From Mobula hypostoma (Eukaryota): DNA of 64,000 nucleotides. A program made the translations under genes and the position numbers. Location of the stretch: positions 158,722,001 to 158,786,000 of the forward strand of contig NC_086097.1 of the NCBI RefSeq assembly GCF_963921235.1, in the 5' to 3' direction. Under the pieces are notes generated by a model. It worked only from the letters and a program-made list of their open reading frames with translations. It did not search any database and was not told the origin of the DNA. Position 1 is the stretch's first letter; each line of letters opens with the position of its first letter. Below are positions 60,610 to 64,000 of the stretch, piece by piece.

Positions 60610-62766
60610 TGGCATTCTCCCTAGTCGGCCTGTCCACATACGGTGACAGGAATCCGTCCTGGACACGCTTAACAAACTCTGCCCCATCTAAACCCTTGGA
60701 ACTAATCAGGTGCCAATCAATATTAGGGAAGTTAAAGTCATCCATGATAACTACCCTGTTATGTTTGCACCTTTCCAAAATCTGCATCCCAATCTGCTTC
60801 TCTGTATCTCTGCTGCTATCAGGGGGCCTATAGAATACCCCCAGTAGAGTAACTGCTCTCTTCCTGTTCCTGACTTCCACCCATACTGACTCAAAAGAGG
60901 AACCTGCTACATTACCCACCCTTTCTGTAGCTGTAATAGTATCCCTGACCAGTAATGCCACCCCTCTTCCCCTTTTTCCGCCCTCTCTATCCCTTTTAAA
61001 GCACTGAAATCCAGGAATTATTGAGAATCCATTCCTGCCCTGGTGCCAGCCAAGTGTCTGTAATGGCCACTACATCATAATTCCATGTACGTATCCAAGC
61101 TCTAAATCCATTAATGCAGAAAACCTCAGTAAGATACTCCATCATCTCGAAAGAGAGAAACCTAGAGAGTTACCATTGGGGCACAGGACTAGGCCATACA
61201 GCCTCCCCTCTCTAGCAGCAGAGTATCCGACCAACGATAAGAAGGCAGACAGTCAGTCCTTGCCCTCTTCATTTGCCTCAATGTTTCTATCTCCCTCGTC
61301 GCTTGAATCGGCGAAATAGAGTCCTGCAGCCCAACCTCCTCATCTTGAGGCTCACACGTGCTGCCTCCGGGAATGCTCTTGGAAACGGCAAAGCATTGAA
61401 TCACCCAAATGATCTCCAAACTGCAAATTGCAGGCTCCAACAGTTCCAGAAGCACACTCAAGATGAAAAACAGACAGAAAAGAAGTGAAATAAATAGTTA
61501 AGTGGTCTATCCAGAAGATGTTGACCGAGGAGACATTATATGCGGGTGCCATCTTGACCTGAAGACTTGTGTTGTTTGCATTAACACGATGGATGTGCTG
61601 GGGGCCACCTGCAAGTGTCACCACATATCTGGCATCAACATAGCATGCCCACAATGTTCAACAGAACAATACAAGCAGCAGCAACAACAGCAAAACAAAA
61701 CAACAGGACAGCAGTAAAACAAATCCCATACCCACCCTCCCACTCATGGATAACAGACAGGCCTCCAACTCCAAGTCAAGCCACCTCCAATCCTTGGCTC
61801 CACTCTCTCAGACTCGCTGACATTGGACCTCCAGTTTCCAGTCCTGGGCCCGGATCCATGGATTCACAGAGTTGCAGCTATTGGGCCTCTACTCTCTGGA
61901 CAAATCGACCCAGGGGTTTCAACATTCGGGCATCTAGCTCCAGACTTGCCAACTTCAGTCTTTGATCTTCAGGAATCTGCCCTTGGACTTGCTCTGGATT
62001 TTGACCCTCAACCTGGCCTGCCTGAGTTCACCAACCTCGGGTTATCGGCCACAGAACTCTCCAATTATGGGCTTGACCTTCCAGTCTTGACTTCCAAACT
62101 TGCAGTCTTCCAATCCCAGTGACCTGGGGTGGGGGTGGGGTGTGAGTCACTGGGATTTGTGTCTCCCGCCTGTACAGACCTCTGATCTGGGACCTGGGGG
62201 TTGCTCGTCTCCTCACCTGCCGGCTTGACCTCCGCAATTACTGACCTGTGACCAGGGATTCTGAATGCCAACTCCTGCCCTGACTCTTTATTTACTGTCC
62301 CTGGCTACTAACTTTCCCTCATCCTGTTCCTAAACTCTAACCTGACCCCTAACTCTCCACACTGTTCCAAAAACCATTGCTGTGAATGAAAATTTTCTAC
62401 CTTTGCTCACATCCCTCAAATTTAGGGAAAGCAAGTTATGGATATTTGAAAGCATAACAAAAGTCTTATGTTGTGGATTCCCAAAATTTTTAATCAAGTA
62501 GTTCTGTATCAATATTAATGAAGTTACTGGCCATAATGATACATGGTAGTAAGAACAAATGACTGGAAAAGAAGAAAGAAAATTGGAGAAAAATTCAATA
62601 AATCTCAAAACCTTCTTTTGAGTTTTTTTATTGAATTGTTGTAAACAGAATTGGGGTGGATCACATTCTTTCTTCCATTATTCTAAAGCTGCATCAAGTG
62701 CAGGATTGGCTGATATTTAAGATTTGTTTGTGCCCTGCCTGTCTTATAGGTTACACTACATTTATA

Positions 62767-62900
62767 AATGCAAGAGATTCTGCAGATGTTGGAAATCCTG
62801 AGCAACATGCACATAGTACTGAAGGACCTTAGCAGATCAGGTAGGACTTAGGGAAATTAATAAATAGTCAACATTTTGGGCTGAGACCCTTCTTCAGGAC
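62767..62900 (-). repeat. PLE 3' fragment with degenerate hammerhead
   Basis: Minus strand GTCCTGAAGAAGGGTCTCAGCCCAAAATGTTGACTA plus tail. Confidence 0.7.
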
Positions 62901-62921
62901 ACTATGTTTATATTGAATATA

Positions 62922-63450
62922 CACTCATTGGCCACTTTTTTAAGTACATCCTGTAGTAGTTCGTAGTCTACTGTGGCTGTAGTACATTCACTGAAAGGTT
63001 CAATGTGTTTGTTCAGAAATGCTCTTTTGCAACCACTGTTGCACAATTTCCTATTTGAGTTACCATCACCTGTCAGCTTGAACCAGTCTGGCTATTTTCT
63101 TTGACATCTCTCCTTAATAAGGCATTTTCACCCACAGAACTGCCGCTCACTAATTTTTTGTTGTTTTTTTGCATCATTCCCTGTAAACTCTAGAGACTGT
63201 TGTGCATGAAAACCACAGGAGATCAACAGCTTCTGTGATGCTCCAACCAGCCTATCTGGCACCAACAAGCATTTCACATTAAAGGTTCCTCAATCACATT
63301 TCTTCCCCTTTTGGATGTTTGGTCAGAACAACAAGCTAAACCTCTTGGCCATGCTTACATGCTTTTCTGCCTTGAGTTACTACCATGTGATTGGTGGATT
63401 AGATACTTGCATTAATGAACATGTGTGCCTACTGTGTAAGTAGCCACTCT
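62922..63450. mobile_element. Tc1-like MITE remnant
   Basis: TA|CACTCATTGGCCACTTT..AAGTACA left TIR; degenerate right TIR TGTGCCTA..AAGTAGCCACT. Confidence 0.6.
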
Positions 63451-63505
63451 CATCATATCAAATTGGACTTTAATTGAAGATTGCCTGTATAGGTTGATGA
63501 CATTC

Positions 63506-63552
<47 letters not shown>

Positions 63553-64000
63553 TGAGCACGATGACATTCCTAAGTGTTCTTGATTAGATGTGGTCTGGTT
63601 CTTTGTTAATTATTTTTAGTAATCTTATCAAATGTTAGCTAATCATCTAAATCAATTACAGGAAAATTTTATGAAGGTCAACTTTGTTATAATTTATTAA
63701 TGTTTTATTTTGCTCCATACTTACAATTTGATTATATAGTTGAGCATTCGAATGGTTAAAGTTATTTGCATAATGTGTTTCTCAGTACGTTGTAATTCTG
63801 AATAGATAGAAGAGTGGCAGTCTCTGTCAATGTGAAATCATTACATTGAAGTACATTACAGATTGCCAAAATACCAGAGAATCCATATTCATCTGCAAGC
63901 AACTTTGCCAATGTCAAAGTTTGTGTTCAGTCAATAATTATGATTAGTTGTTGTGATTTATTAATACACAATGAGTTTGTTGGCTGCCTTTGTATCAGGA

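Larger units (their letters stand above)
57872..61105 (-). mobile_element. Young 5'-truncated CR1 LINE with near-intact ORF2
   Basis: ORFs 57939-58868 and 58875-59996 are in frame and separated by one TGA; APE part at 60617-61100; (TTCTATG) tail. Confidence 0.95.

Noticed and set aside
1..64000. CRISPR arrays, operons or prokaryotic defence systems
   Set aside because: No regularly spaced repeat-spacer structure or gene-dense region; the content is vertebrate repeats.

Overview
Repeat-dense vertebrate genomic DNA, most likely a cartilaginous fish (ray/skate-like repertoire: CR1/L3, Rex1/Babar, HE1/V-type and Deu SINEs; taxon is inferred). No recognisable host gene was found; the window looks intronic or intergenic, with one candidate exon/promoter near 49.8-50.3 kb. 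Nearly all long ORFs are transposon-derived. They include a gag-less Gypsy provirus with both LTRs, a tRNA-Ser PBS, PPT and 5-bp TSD; two near full-length and one young CR1 LINE; a Passport-like Tc1; a deleted Tigger; a Charlie-type hAT; a solo LTR; and several MITEs, many nested. The most interesting signals are (i) Penelope-derived 3' ends carrying minimal type-I hammerhead ribozymes, two with intact cores and several apparently killed by the same CpG mutation, (ii) short fold-back retroposed units whose inversion point lies at the hammerhead, (iii) a DNA transposon family with 6-bp TSDs and an internal duplicate terminus, (iv) an unexplained nested inverted repeat at 7.3-7.6 kb, and (v) a partial HDV-like ribozyme motif in an RTE-type element. 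All alignments were made by eye and boundaries of old repeats are approximate.
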